From the human T2T-CHM13v2.0 reference genome, Homo sapiens, in assembly GCF_009914755.1 (NCBI RefSeq), contig NC_060942.1: 64,000 nucleotides of DNA. One strand, 5' to 3'. Below the pieces are notes generated by a model. The model searched no databases and was not told the DNA's origin. It saw only the letters and a list, made by a program, of their open reading frames with translations. This document shows positions 1-14,851 of this stretch, piece after piece; the first letter of the stretch is position 1; each line of letters begins with the position of its first letter. A program made the translations under genes and the position numbers.

Positions 1-460
1 CATTCTGGTCAACTTCTATCCAAGGGCCTGAAGACTTGGTAAAACTAGGGTAATAGATGAAATATAAAGAAACAATGGGCAACCAGAGAACAAAGACAAC
101 ACAAAGGAGTCTTAAACAATCCTCAATATCTTCTGTTATATCATTTCATATCTCAATAGCATGAGTTTTTATTGTCAGTGAGTTTGTTCAAGAAAACAAA
201 TAGTTGGAATAGGAAGCCCTGTTCCCATTCAGGATATGACTTTTTTGCACTTTGATAGAGTGAAAACCACTAAAGCATGGGTCATCTGTGCAGAACTGTC
301 ACCCTTCAGGTGCCGACATGATCAGTAACAGCAACATGATCAATAACAGTGAACCTTACTCAGAAGATGATGTCTTAGTTTAAAAAGTTAATCTTTTTTG
401 TTTTTCTTTTTAATTTTGATGAAGAATATTACCTTTAAAGTTCAGTCACTCTGTGCAATT

Positions 461-540
461 CTTTCTTTCTTCTTTTTACTTTCCTTCACACCTTCCTGCC
501 ATCCCTCCCTCCCTCTCTCCCTCCTTTCCTTCCTTTTCCT
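461..540. repeat. Pyrimidine-rich low-complexity tract (CT/CCCT/TTCC)
   Basis: Near-pure C/T run seen directly. Confidence 0.8.
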
Positions 541-809
541 ATTTACTTGAGAATTTTCTCCCACTCATGAACATTTGGGAGAAGTTAAGCCAATTCAGGG
601 ATGACATTTCATGAAAATTACACCTAGTAAGACAAAACATGTTCCGTCTCTTTTTTGGATGCCTGCATTGAAACTAAGCAAATAAACACAGGTGGGAGGT
701 GTCACTCATGCAACAGAACCAACTATACTCCAACATGTACCTCAATATAGCATAGCTATTATTTTCTAGACTGGAAAAGGCCCTGGGCATTTATCTTCAC
801 TGTCACCAT

Positions 810-1050
810 TATCATTATAATGGTAGCTAAGGTGCTGAGGGCTGACCTGATACCAGGCACATTGTATGCATTACATTACTGAATCTCCAACAACCCTAAA
901 AAGCATAAACTTTTCTAATGTCCATTTAGGTGATGGGGACACTAAGGGTTAGTACAGTTAAGAATCTCATTTAAATGTCACAGTGGTGAAGTGGTGAAGA
1001 GGAATTTTAAACCCAGGTCTTCTGGCTTCAGCTCCCTGTTTTAGGGCCTC
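810..1050 (-). mobile_element. MIR SINE
   Basis: Reverse-complement MIR core and tail (ccaggcac..., aacaaccct, tttaaacccaggtcttctggcttcag). Confidence 0.75.
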
Positions 1051-2403
1051 CACAGAAACAGTAGTAGAAATAATTTCTCCTCCACCTCTGTTAAATAAGC
1101 CTTTGTCTACAAGTTCATTATTCCTACCTGTAAGAAATGAGGTACATAATGACATAAATGAATTAGTTCAAGTTCATGTGGCTCCAAATTGGAGGTGCAA
1201 ACCATTATTGACAAACCACCAGCTAACCACCATCATTCTACATTTCCTGAGGAGTACAAAGGAAGTTACAACCTATCTTAAATCTCTGATGTGCAGGATG
1301 ATAATTTTCCAGTAAACTAAATCCTGTTCCTATCGGATGATTTGAACATTTCTAACGATTATTACCAATGCCTCCAAACAACATGGACTGCAGCAGCCAA
1401 TCAAAAGGCTCAGCTGGGTATTGCTTGACTTTTATTTCCAAAAGGTAACTTAGCAGAAACAGAGTAACTGTTCATTATTTTCTGTCATTTTTATATCATT
1501 TTTTTGCCATCCATATTGTGCAGTAATTGCAGGAAATTAAATTTGAATCTTGTGACACAAGCATGTTGTGAATATCATAAAAAACACACATGTTCATAAA
1601 TGGTAAAAAAAGAAAGGTGATAAAAATTACATTTAGGAAACTTTTACAATCTTTCTGAACAATGGAAAAGAACATGTTTTAGGGTTCTTTGTTTAGGTTG
1701 AATTCTGAGCTGATGCACTTTTAGAAGGCAAAGTTTTGTGTTTGGTGGGCATGTTTGTATTTTTGCTGTTTTCATTGTTTTCCCTGAGGCCTTTTAAATG
1801 GTACACTATGAGCAAGGAGGCAACTGAAATCCCACACAAAGAAGTGGCTTGAGCAAAATTCCCACACATGTCCAGTAACTGCAGAGCCTGTACATGAAGC
1901 CATTTTTCATTTACTACATGGGGGTGAGAAAAGACAGAAAATCTTTGTATGTGCTTTGGATTCTGCTTGGCTATGACTCCTTTGTGGCACCTGCTGCTGC
2001 TGTCCTTGCTGCCTCTTTGTAGATGAGGTTACTTCCTATCTGATCCTTTTAGTGACATTGTGAAAACATTCATGAAGCTAAAACTTCACATCCCATTCTC
2101 TGGTTTGGCGTAGAGTTGGCCTCATCCCTTGACATGGTGGAAAAATAAGTGATTGGCTCCTGGACTTCGGTTTCATTGCTGTCATGAGTTTCATCTCAAA
2201 TCCAACTTTGACATCAGATTTCTCTGGGTCTGTGATGGTTCTTGGGAGTTTCGAGCAATTTCCTTCTACATTTTTCTATGCTCTGGCAGAAAATGAATCC
2301 ATGCTAACACAGTTGTAAAATTAAAACCACTATCTTTTATCAAATGGATGCCACCCAGAATTGACAAGTTTTGTTAAGCACCCAAGTCTCTCTACCAACT
2401 GGC

Positions 2404-2520
2404 CAAAATCCTTCACATTCCAACCATCCAGATGGTATTTATGGCCCAGCTCAATCTGAAGCTTTCCATGAAGGGTCTCTGACCACCTCAGTTCACAATA
2501 GCTCCTCTTTGAAGTACTTG
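2404..2520 (+). mobile_element. L2 LINE fragment
   Basis: ggcccagctcaa...ttccatgaagggtctctgaccacc resembles the L2 3' region. Confidence 0.5.
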
Positions 2521-2596
2521 ATGATTTCAGGTTCACTGTTGAACACTAATTGCTAGGATCTTTTGTAAAATTTTCAGCTCTTTTTGAAAATTTTAG

Positions 2597-3035
<439 letters not shown>

Positions 3036-3399
3036 TGACTTCCTTATTTTGTTGCTGCTGTTACTACTGTTCTGAATACCAGGCTCAAAATTCTAAGGTC
3101 TGATTCCCTCTTTCTCTGTCAATCACCATACCTAATTAATTAGCAAGTTCTATGGATTGACAATTAAAACTTTTTTTTATTTGACTTATTTATTTGTATT
3201 TTAAAGACTTTGTCAAAGGAAATCTTATGTGGAAACCTAATAGATAAGAAAAGTCATTCTGAAAATAAGAGGCTGAACTGAGATCCTTGAACCCGCAACT
3301 GCAGCCCTTGAAGGAGCCCTCAGAATCCCTGAGGCTGAGCACTACTGGGGGGCGCTATAGCGTTGGGCCTGCATTATAGGGTTGACCTCTACATTTTCG

Positions 3400-3582
3400 G
3401 GAAACAGCATAGGATGGTAAAAAGAACACGGTGTGAATCAGAGTACCTGAATTGAGCCTTGATTTTTTCTATCTGTAAAATAAGATATCTTTTCTACTTA
3501 TATCCTGGGGCTGTTATAAGGATCAAGTAAGGTTCTGTGTGTGAAAGCACATTGTGAACTGTCTAAGGCCATGCAGATTTAG
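3400..3582 (+). mobile_element. MIR SINE
   Basis: cagcataggatggtaaaaagaacac...tctatctgtaaaat...gctgttataaggatcaa match the MIR head and core. Confidence 0.7.
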
Positions 3583-3599
3583 GGAGCTGTGACCTCTTC

Positions 3600-4020
3600 T
3601 TCCGATCTCCTGGGCTCCATTCTCCTTTTCATCCTGCCCACTATCTAATCTAACTATTGTTTCCATATTGATCTTTCTAAAGCACATTTCTTTACATATC
3701 ATTCCTTGGCTCAGAAATGTCCAGGGATCACCAGTGGCTACTAAATTAGAGAGCAAGTATCTTCGCTTAGTATGTAAGCCCTTTCACAGTGAGGTCAGAC
3801 CTCTGCTTCCAGTATTAGCTGCCTTCATCCTTCCACATAAACCCAATGCTCTAGAAAGATTACTTCCTCACTCCTTCAGTGCACCACCTTCTGTGCCATC
3901 CCTCAACTTCTGTTCTGGCTGTCCCATTTGGCATCACTCCTGAAATGCAATGTATGATTCAAGGTTCATCTTCAATACTTTATGCCCAATGAAGTCCTTC
4001 CTATTTCACCCCCTACTTTC
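3600..4020 (+). mobile_element. L2 LINE fragment
   Basis: tgatctttctaaagcaca...tcattccttggctcagaaatgtccaggg...aagccctttcac are typical L2 3' sequence. Confidence 0.65.
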
Positions 4021-6915
4021 CTATCCTCCAGATTACCAACAGGAAACAGGGTAAATTCTCATGGATTCCTGAAGTGTAGTATGTAGGTCAGTATAGATCA
4101 GGAATAAGAATGTATAAAATTTGCTTGTAAGAGCTTAATCAATTCTTAATACATTCTTGTTAAAATGAAGTGAAATATGTTTGGGAAAGCCACCTTTCTC
4201 ACTCTCTCTTTTTTTAAGGATAGGTAGGCCTCTATCTGAAGGTATGCTTTCTCAGTTTATGATCTTTTCCTTCTTTCTGCTGAAAAATTGAAATGCAAGA
4301 GGATTCTGGCTTGGCAGGTGAGGCCTGCCACACTGGGGTCAGGAAGATCTTGTTTTCCTGAAAGCTTTTATTTCCTAAACTGGAAAGTATGGGTTTCTGT
4401 ACACAAAAAGACTCTACTTATTTAAAAACACTTCACAATTATCAATATATAATTCAGATTTCAAAAAGAGAAATGCAGGCTGAATTGAAGAACACATTTA
4501 ACAGAAAAAAAAATGTTACTTTCAGGTATAAAAGAAAAAGGGGCCATCTGCTACGTAGAGGTGCTTGTCAGTATTTACTATGGTGACTAAAAAATCTGTA
4601 GAAAATTCGTAATGAGACAGAGTAACTCAACTAGGCATTTAATTTCATTTATTTAACTATGTCATAGAGACCTTAAGTAACTTGTTTAAATAAATAGGCA
4701 ATGATGGTTTTAAATGATCAAAGCTTTTTGCTCGTAATTATCTACTTACGTTAAGAGTAGTTTTTTAAAAATTAGCTTATATCCTTTCTTGTTGATATCC
4801 TTTGTACACTTTATACTTGTCTTTTTTATGAAGAAAAAATCAACTGTAAAGATAAATTTAGTCTAGTATCATTTGAGTGGTTTATCTTACCAATTAAAAA
4901 GTTTTGAATCAATAATGTTTTATGGAAGTACACCTGGAAACATGATATTACATGGAAACCCATCTGAAACTTTATGTTTTCCTTTGTCACTTAGATAGAG
5001 AAAAATTTTTACAGCACATTCACTCACTCACTCAGGTAACCTTGGAGAACCAATGGTGAAGTAGAATATCCAAGGCATCATTGTCGAGATGGTCTGAAGG
5101 CTGGCATGCTCCATTGCCTCACAGGAAATTGACTATAGGTGCTGCTCGGGGAAGAGGCAAATTAAAAAATAATAAGAGAATTTCTTTTTCCGGCTAAGAA
5201 GGAATCAGGGATCAGGTTTACCCTACTGCCTCAAACAGTAAAAAACAAAGCAATGCAATATGAAAACCCTGACAAAATAGATAAAACAATGGTTTTCAAA
5301 ACACTGGATAACAGACAATTAAAGACAGTTTAAAACAAATTAAATATGCCTGCTTTACAATTGCTTCAGAATACCTCCCTGAGAGAGTTTCTAGGTTTCA
5401 GCGCAGGAAGAGAACCCAAATAGAGCCTAGCAGTATCTCTAAGGTGAAGGAGGCAGAGCTGAGCAACCAAGGAGGGCAAGAGGTTTAGATTACACAGAGT
5501 AGAGTATGTGAAAGGAGAGAGCTGCACAGAGAAGTAACTCCAGAGCTCTTCAGAGGGCTCCCCCCTTAAATAGTCAGCTGAATGCTGATCAGACCTCGTG
5601 TGTGAGGAGGCTACTCAAGGCCTTGAAAAAGTTCTCCTGAAATGATTAGCGATAATGATACCCCACACTCATACAGAGTTCACAGTACTACTTGTTCTCA
5701 TCAACCAGACTAGAGAGTCTCATGATTCACATGGTGCTGGGGGAAGAAACAGAGGGATCTTGCCTCAGTAGTTGAGAATAATTAACCTCAGAATTAATAC
5801 TGCTAAAGTCCTGCCTAACAAATATTAGAAGACCAGAAAAAATGAAGTTGTTTCCAAATAACTTAAGTATGTTGCAGAACAAAACTCACAAATATTTATA
5901 GAAATACAAAAATTCAGTGCCTAAGAAGTAAATTTAATATGGCATTCAATCAAAAATCACTAGATAAACACACACACACAAATATAACCACTGATGAGGA
6001 GAAAAAAAATAAATTAATTGAAACAGAACCAAAACTGATGCAAACATTAAAATTAGCTAACAAGGACAGTAAAAGTTATTATAACTACATTCCGTAAGTT
6101 TACTAAGTAGACAAAAAGTTAACTAGAGACATAGATATTTGAACTTGTTCATGTACAAATGTCTGCATCACTATTAACAATGTCTGAAATGAAAAATACA
6201 CTGAATCAGACCTTGCAGAAAAAAAAAAAGATTAGTGAACTTGAAGACATAGTGATAGAGAGTATTAAAATGAAAAGCAGAGAGAAGTCAGAATTTTTAA
6301 AAATGAACAGAGCATCAGTGAACTGTGGGAAAATTTTAAGTGACCTCATATAGATATAAATGGAAATCCCAAAGGGGGAAGACAAAATTATTAGAAAAAA
6401 TAATGGCTGAAAGTTTTCCAAATTTGGTAAAAACTATTATCCTAAAGATCCAAGGAGCTCAATGAACCTCAAGCATAAGAAATACAGAAAAACAATACCA
6501 AAGCATATCACAATCAGATTGCTCAAAAACAGTGATAATGAGAAAAATCTAAAAGGCAGGCAGAAGGGGAGGAAAACACATCACATGCTGAAGAACAAAG
6601 ATAAGAATGACAGCAGACTTCTCATCTAAAATAATACAACTGAAAAGATAAAGGGGAAAAATTCTCTCAAGTATTAAAAGAAAACAAATTGTCAACCTTG
6701 ACTTCAATATCCAGTAAAAATATTTTTCAAATTTAAAGGTACACTAAATACATTTTAAACATATAAAAGCTGAAAGAATTAATCTACATCAGACCTGCAC
6801 TAAAAGAAAGTCCTTCAGACAGAAAGAAAATGACACCAGATGCAAATATGGATCTAAACAAAGGAATGAGGAGCACTGGAAACAGCATCTACATTGGTAA
6901 ATATATAAATGTTTT

Positions 6916-8884
6916 ATAAATGGAAATATATCCCTTGCTCATGGATTAGAGGAATCAATATGAAAATGACCACATTCCCCAAGGCAATATAAACATTCGA
7001 TGCAGTTATCAAAATACCAGTATCATTTTTCACAGAAAAAGAAAAAAAATCCTCAGATTTATATAAAACAAAACAAGAACCTGAATAGCCAAAGCAATTC
7101 TAGACAGAAACAATAAATATGGAGGCATCACATTATCTGACTTCGAATTATACTACAAGGCTATAGTTACCAAAACAGCATGGAATTGGTATAAAAGTAG
7201 ATACACAGACCAGTAGAACAAAATATAGAATGCAGAAATAAAACCAAATACTTAAAACCAGCTGAACTTTGACAAAGCATACAAAAACATAAATTGAGGA
7301 AAGGACATCCTATTTGATAAATGGTGTTGGGAAAACTACAGAGCCACATGTAGAAGAATGAAACTGCATCCCTATCTTTCACTATATACAAAAATCAACT
7401 CAAGAGGGATCAAAGACTTAAATCTAAGATCTGAAACCATAAAAGTTCTAGAAGAAAACTTAGAAAAAACGCTTCTGGACATTGGCTGAAGTAAAGAATT
7501 TATGACTAAGACCATTAAAGCAAATGCAACAAAACCAAAACTTTATAAAATGGGAGCTAATTGAACTAAAAACTTTCTATATAGCAAAATAAATAACCAC
7601 CAGAGTAAACAGACAAACTATAGAATGGGAGAAAATATTTGCAAGCTGTGTGTCTAACAAAGGACTAATACCTATTGTCTACAAGGAACTCAAACAAATC
7701 AGAAAGAAAATAAGAAACACAAATAATCCCATCAAAAAGTGGGCAAATGGCATAAATAGACATTTCTCAAAAGAAGATACCCAAATGGCCAAACATATGA
7801 AAATATATGATAAAATGCTCAACACCACTAATCATCAGGGAATGCAAACTAAAACCACAATGAGATCTTACCTTACCCCAGCCAGAGTTGTCGTTACTAA
7901 AAAGTCAAAAAACAACAGATGTTGGTGTGGATGTGCTGTAAAGGAAATGCTTATACACGGCTGGTGGGAATGTAAACTAGTACATCTTTCTTTCTTTCTT
8001 GAAACAGAATCTCTCTCTCACCCAATCGCCCAGGCTGGAGTGCAGTGGCATGATCTCGGCCCACTGCAACTTCCGCCTCCTGGGTTCAAGTAATTCTTCT
8101 GCCTCAGCCTCCTTAGTAGCTGGTACTACAGGCAAGTGCTACCACGCCCAGCTAATTTTTGTATTTTCAGTAGAGACAAGGTTTCACCATATTGGCCAGG
8201 CTGGTCTCAAACTCCTGACCTTGTCATCTGCCGGCCTCAGACTCCCAAAGTGCTGGAATTACAGGCGTGAGCCACCGCACTCAGCCCGGAGATTTCTTAA
8301 AGGACTAAAAGTAGATCTACCATTCAATCCAGCAATCCCACTACTGGGTTTCTACCCAAAGGAAAAGAAGTCATTATATCAAGAAGACTCCTGCATGCAT
8401 ATGTTTTTCACAGCAAAATTCACAATTGCAAAGATATGGAACCAACTTAAGTGCCCATCAACTGATGAGTGCATTAAAAAATGTAGTCTATATATGCTGT
8501 GGAATACTACCCAGCCATTAAAAATAATGAAATAATGTCTTTTGCAGCAACTTGGATGGAGTATGAAGTTGGAGGCCATTATTCTAAGAGAAGTAACTCA
8601 GGAATGGAAAACCAAATACCTAATGTTCTCACTTATACATGATGTGCTCACTTATAAGTAGGAGCTAAGCTATGTATACGCAAAGGCATTCCAAGTGGTA
8701 TAATGGACTTTGGAGATTCAGAAGGGAGGAGGGTGGGAGGGAAAAGAAGGATTAAAAACTACACATTGGGTACAATGTACACTACTTGGGTGATGGGTGC
8801 ACTAAAATTTCAGGCTTCACTATTATACAATTCATCCATGTAACCAAAAACCACTTGTACCACAAAAGCTATTGAAATACAAAA
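6916..8884 (+). mobile_element. L1PB (PB4-like) 5'-truncated LINE-1
   Basis: ORF2 C-terminal peptides ([25 protein letters not shown]) and 3' end ...catgtaaccaaaaaccacttgtaccacaaaagctattgaaata; tentative TSD aaatatataaat (6899-6910 / 8882-8893). Confidence 0.9.
7985..8286 (-). mobile_element. AluS (Sg/Sc-like) inside L1PB, no TSD
   Basis: Dimeric Alu antisense with (TTTC)n tail. Confidence 0.93.
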
Positions 8885-9363
8885 TATATAAATATATAAT
8901 ATATGTGTTTTAGTTAATATTTAAATCACTTTAAATGATAAATGATTCAAGAAAAAATAATTTAGTGTGGGGTTATAACATATCTAAAAGTGAAAGTATG
9001 ACAGCAGAAACACAAAGTTAGGGAAAGAATATGCTGATAAGAGTCTAGTATTATATGTGAAGTGGTATAATTTGAATATTTGAACTTGTATAATATAACT
9101 TGGTAAGTTAAAGATATATAGCAGATATTTAAACCCTAAAACAACCACTAAAATAACAAACAGTTATAGATAATAGGTCAACAAAGAATATAACAATAAA
9201 TTATTTTTGAACAATACATTGTTTTGAAAAAATTTTTATGAAGAAAGAAGTCCCCCCCCCAAAAAAAACCCCAAAAAACAAGTGGGATAGATTTAAACTC
9301 AATCACATAAAGAATCATGTTAAACGAAATTGGTCTAAATACCTCAGTTAAAATGCAGAGGTT

Positions 9364-9788
<425 letters not shown>

Positions 9789-9935
9789 TTATCAAAAGAA
9801 AGCTGGAATCTACTTATCTACTTACCAAAAGACAACATAGATTTCAGAGCAAAGAATTTTATTGGGATAATGATATTATTTTATTGTAATAGAAGGGCCA
9901 ATTCCTCAAGAAGGTATAGCAACACATATATTCTG

Positions 9936-10333
9936 TGTGATGGTTAATTTTATGTGCCAACTTGACTGGGTCATAGAATGCCTAGATACCTGGTTAAACA
10001 TTATTCCTGAGTGTGCCTGCGAGAGTGTTTTTAGAATAGATTAGTGTTTGTATTGGTGAACTTAGTAAAGCAGACGGCCTTCTCCAGTGGAGACGGGCCT
10101 CATTCAATCTGTTGAGAGCCGGGGTAGACTAAAAAGATGGAGAAAAGATGAATTTATGCTCACCTGACTGCTTGAGCTGGTACTTCTGGTTTTCAGGCCT
10201 TCAGACTAGGACATGAATCTACACCACGAGCTCAGTGGCTCTTAGGCTGCCTTCAAACTATACCACCTTTCCTGACCCTCCAGCTTGCAGACAGAAGTTT
10301 GGGCTTGGTTTCTCTGGAAAACCCTGACTATCA
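9936..10333 (+). mobile_element. MLT2 (ERVL) solo LTR, MLT2D-like
   Basis: Starts tgtgatggttaattttatgtgccaacttgactgg and ends tttctctggaaaaccctgacta, matching MLT2 termini. Confidence 0.88.
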
Positions 10334-10915
10334 CCTTATGTGATAGAATAATTTCTGTCAGTCTGAGGTCCTCTGTTTCCTGCTACCATATCTAAGCTGT
10401 TGATGCTTATACAGTACCAATGCATACTGTGTCAGATCCTTGGATCTTCAATGTTGACTGTGCATCTAGGAACCTACCACTTTATATGGTCCTTGTTTCT
10501 CTGTTTATGCAGGTTGCTTGTAAGAAGAAAGAGTTCCTCTTTCTTCCTATTTGCCTATACCCTTTAAAGCAAGGATTTCTTGGCACTATTTCTGTGCCAT
10601 ACTCAGGGGCATGGAAATTATGCCACTCTTAAGCACAAAGTAGGACAAAAAATGTTGTTGTCTACAGGCCTATTAGCCAAAATCCACTAACCATTTCTTC
10701 TTTATGATTTGTCCCCTCTTCAGAAGTCTACCATGGGCACAGAGATCAGGTTCCCAAGCTCTCAGAGATCACACACTTTAGTCTTCACCTCTCCAGGGTC
10801 CTTCATGGAAAGCTACCCTAAACAGTGCTCACCCATGTTTTACTCTCATCATTTTCTTCTCTTTTGATCTTCTACATTTTCCTACCTGGGGAATTTTTTT
10901 AAGAAAGAAAGAAAA

Positions 10916-10921
10916 AGAGAG

Positions 10922-10956
<35 letters not shown>
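10916..10956. repeat. (GA)n microsatellite
   Basis: Seen directly. Confidence 0.95.
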
Positions 10957-10963
<7 letters not shown>

Positions 10964-12439
10964 TGTCCATGTGTTGAGAGGTGGCATAGTTGTTCTCAAA
11001 TGTTTTCTCTATGCCTCTTGATTCCCTGTTGCTTTTGAAACACAAAGATAAAATGTGCATCCTTTCTTATTTTATTTTATCTTTTTTTTTTGCTTTTTAC
11101 TCTGTTATATCCTACCTTGAGATAATGGGGAAAAAATCTAGTGTCTTGAATAGAAGATGAGAAAGGAAAACTAGAAAGACCATGAGAATGACATAATAAT
11201 GTAAAAAAAAAAAGATACATATACATGGACTATTCCTATTTCTTCATTTGATGGCCATCATAAAAATGAATATTTTATAATGGCAGTCTCATCAGATATA
11301 TTTTAAAGATCCCAACCATTGCAAACATACATCTCAAGATAAAAAATATGATTTAATGGGAAATCGGAACTAAATGACACCAAGAAGTAACTGGGCAGGT
11401 GGATGCTGTGTTGGAAACTCTCTCACATACTGCTGCCACCTTCTCCAACCACAACATTCTAAAATATACATCAACACAAGGCCTTCAAAAGTTGGCAGAC
11501 TATTGTAAGGCAAGTTACTCAGAAATAAATATAGATATACTTTTAAAAGGTTTCATATGCCTTTTTGCATTATTCCAAAAATGTGTAAATTAATTCTACA
11601 TAAAATAAGAGGTGGAAATATACATAAAAGGTTAAATAACAGCACCAGGAAGAATATGATGAAATGCTAAGTGAATGATACAGACCATTTTTCTCAAATG
11701 GGAGCGCAGAAAACCCTGAGCATCCACAACTTCTTTAAGAAATGTAGAATTTTGTTTAACTATTTCGGTACCTGATTTTTAATTTAAGTTTACAAATGCA
11801 TGTATGATTATAAATGCATCTTCCAAGTAAAGGTCAACTGACAGCACAACTTACTGTATAAATGCAGATTTCACAGAAGTCCAAATGGAGAAACCTAAAG
11901 GTAGAATTGAGTCATAAAATATACATGATAATATTGTCATGGAGACTCAAAAGGCTTTGCATGGCAGGATTATATCTTCACCACAACCATAAGCATTCAA
12001 GGAAGTCCCATTCTGACTCTAGGTGTCATTGGATTAGTTACCCATTTAATGCAGGTTTCTATAACACTATCATGTGATCCTTATTTCCAAGTGAACAAGT
12101 CAGCATTCCAGAGAGATCAAAGGACATTGCATTAAAGTTGAGTTGTTAAGTAATGGACTTGATTATCTTAATTATCAAATAAAGCCTTGATGTTACCAAT
12201 GCCAGTTTCATTGCTTGTAGTTAATAGGCATTCTCTGTATAAATAGTATTAAAGTTACACCACAAAAGCAGGTTTAAGTTATAAGTAAGGCTATATTTCT
12301 TCCATGATTAAGCCCAATATTACAGGTTTAGTTTCTGCAAAACAGTGTAATCTATCCCGTTTAAAATTCACACTGTCAAATTGAATTTTATTGGTTTTGT
12401 GGTTTCGGTGATATAATTGTATTAATACTAAACACACAA

Positions 12440-12523
12440 AGATAAATGTGCTAATACTTGTAGAGTACTTGGTACAGTCCCTGACACAAAAAGAGTGTTC
12501 AATAAGGATTAGTTATTACTATT
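12440..12523 (+). mobile_element. MIR 3' fragment
   Basis: gtacttggtacagtccctgacaca...gtgttcaataaggattagttattact. Confidence 0.6.
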
Positions 12524-13572
12524 TTGTGGAAAATATATATTAGTACATCTCATTTAGGATGAGACTGAGGTTCTCAATCTTTTCTTTAAAAGTTCTCTAA
12601 ACATTACTCAAGTATAGTAAACACAAGATGGGGAGTAACTGCCAGGAGATTCATCTGTGACTGGCGAGATAGGGGTGGGTTCCTGGAAGAGAAGGGATTC
12701 AAAGAGATGTTATCTCTTTCAATGAAACACCAGAAAAGTGGTGTCATTGTTATGACAAAAACTTAAAATTGAGGCACAGAAAAATAAGGCACCTTTTTCA
12801 AGCCTTTTCATCAGGGCAGTATAAGAACCGCTTTCACTTTTAGTTCTCAGTCGCTAAGACTATGAGTCCTTTCGTTTTTCCTTGTTACTTAAGCCCAAGA
12901 GTATATAGCACTTATTCTTTTGTCTTTACATAATGTTTTTGGAAATAAATAACAGTTGATTATATTTGGCAAGCAGTACTTCTTACCATATTTTGATATA
13001 ATAACTTTTTTCAGTTTGCTTTGGAAATTGACAATTATGACGACATTGAATAGAGGTTAGAGGTGACGTGAATCATCAGGGTAACCTAGATATTTACATG
13101 AATGCTGGTTTTGATGAAGCATAAAACTCTTCTTTGACATACACATTATCTCAGTTGTGAACATGAGGACCACATTGCTGTGGAAATGCTGACAACACCT
13201 CTCAATCTGCTTGCCAAAAAAAAAAAAGCATTAAAAAAATCAATGTGTATCAGATGTGTTTAAAAGGTATATAGATACCTCATTTTAAAAGAGATCTATA
13301 TATGTGCTAGAAAAGACATTACACATAAAATATATTCTGTGGAGTACATTCATAGTGGTTGTAGCTCTCCATTTAAAAATCATAACATTGCAAAGATTGA
13401 CTACAAAACTTAGAAAGATTTGCCTTCCAACTACAAAGTAATGAGAAACCAAACACACAAAACAAGCACAAAAGGAGTGATTATTTAATCTTTTCTTTCC
13501 TAGCTATTCAGCAGGATATCTGAGAGGAACTTCCATGTGCAAGGTGAATTAATTATGACTAGGAACTCTAAA

Positions 13573-13663
13573 ATATATATATGTATAACACAAATATATG
13601 TTTACATATGTATGTATATCTACATATACATTTCTACATATACATATGTGTATATACACACAT
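13573..13663. repeat. (TA/CA/TG)-mixed low-complexity tract
   Basis: Seen directly. Confidence 0.8.
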
Positions 13664-14851
13664 GGCAAGTATGGTCTTCTTTTAGGAGCTAGAAAAATCT
13701 ACTGGGGAAATGAGATTAATGCATAGAGCAAAAGTAAAGAATTCAAAAGAAGATATAACTGTAAATTGCAGCTCCATGTCTCTCAGCATTCTGGGTCACC
13801 CTTCCCTTTTGTATCTTAACACCACTTAGAATTCCTCCAAGAGGAGGAGGAAAAGAAACTTCTTTCAGGCAATCCACATTCCTGAATTCCTTGTGCCTGG
13901 TCTTTATTCCTTCCTGTGATGCTATATTTTCTACACTAACTGCCCCTGCCCCTCCTAACCTCATGAGTCATTCCCAGGGTATCAAATGATAGCTATCTGC
14001 AGGTCTCTCTCACTCTCTGCTTCTCCCACTCTTCCGTCCTTTCCCTGTGCTAATGCCGTTCTCTAGCTGAGCAAGAGCTTATTCCCTTGCTATCTGGGTA
14101 TTCATCCTAGGGAAGGTCACCAAAAACTCGGCCCCAGTCAGATCCTGACCTGCTGCCACTATTTGGAAGTTTGTTTTTCCTTCTTTATTGGTGGGAGTTC
14201 TTCCCTCCACCTCTTCTTTTTCATCCTTTCTTTCAATATTCTCTAAAGTTCTGTCTCCTAGTACATGAGGTGGTGATCCGGGGAGGCTGAACAGCCTGTT
14301 ATTTCATTATGCAGAACAATTGTCTGCATCATAAAACCAGTCTCAGCTGCTTCCATTCCAGACAAGCCCCTGTGTCCCAGCTTTGTTTAATTAAAATAGT
14401 CCATTGAAGTATTTTCCCAACAGTGGAATCCACCCTTAAGAGGAATTTTGCTACTTCCCCTGAGCACAGAAACAGCATTTTTCTTAGTGTTATATAAATA
14501 ACAGTATTGTAATAGACTGTAGGAGTAATACAATAATAGTAGCACATTGTGTTGCTAGGGAAAAAAATTGTCTGAACATAGAGTTGGAGTAAGGTGGAAA
14601 TGAGTTGAATGGGTAGGTAGAATTCATATGGCAGGAAGCGTTGAAGGCCAGGCAAGAGTGTTTTATTTGGGAGTGGCAATTTTGGGAGGTACTGGTGGGT
14701 TTTGAAGTAACTTTTCCTGGGAAAAATATTAGGCAGATATATTTGAGATTTAATCTTACTGTATATAGTCTTGTATCTTTTTTTCTAGTTAATATTGTTT
14801 TATAAGCACTTCACTATATCTTATATGAATGTTCTTAAAAACATGATTATT

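Noticed and set aside
316-351. 18-bp tandem duplication acatgatca(g/a)taacag
   Set aside because: Two copies only; ordinary slippage, no array or spacers.
967-1155. Minus-strand acceptor tttcttacag at ~1129 as partner of the 27480 donor
   Set aside because: A phase-2 join hits TAG immediately and the frame runs into a MIR.
7650-8535. ORFs of 147 and 178 aa
   Set aside because: Chimeras of L1 ORF2 remnants and antisense Alu; not host genes.
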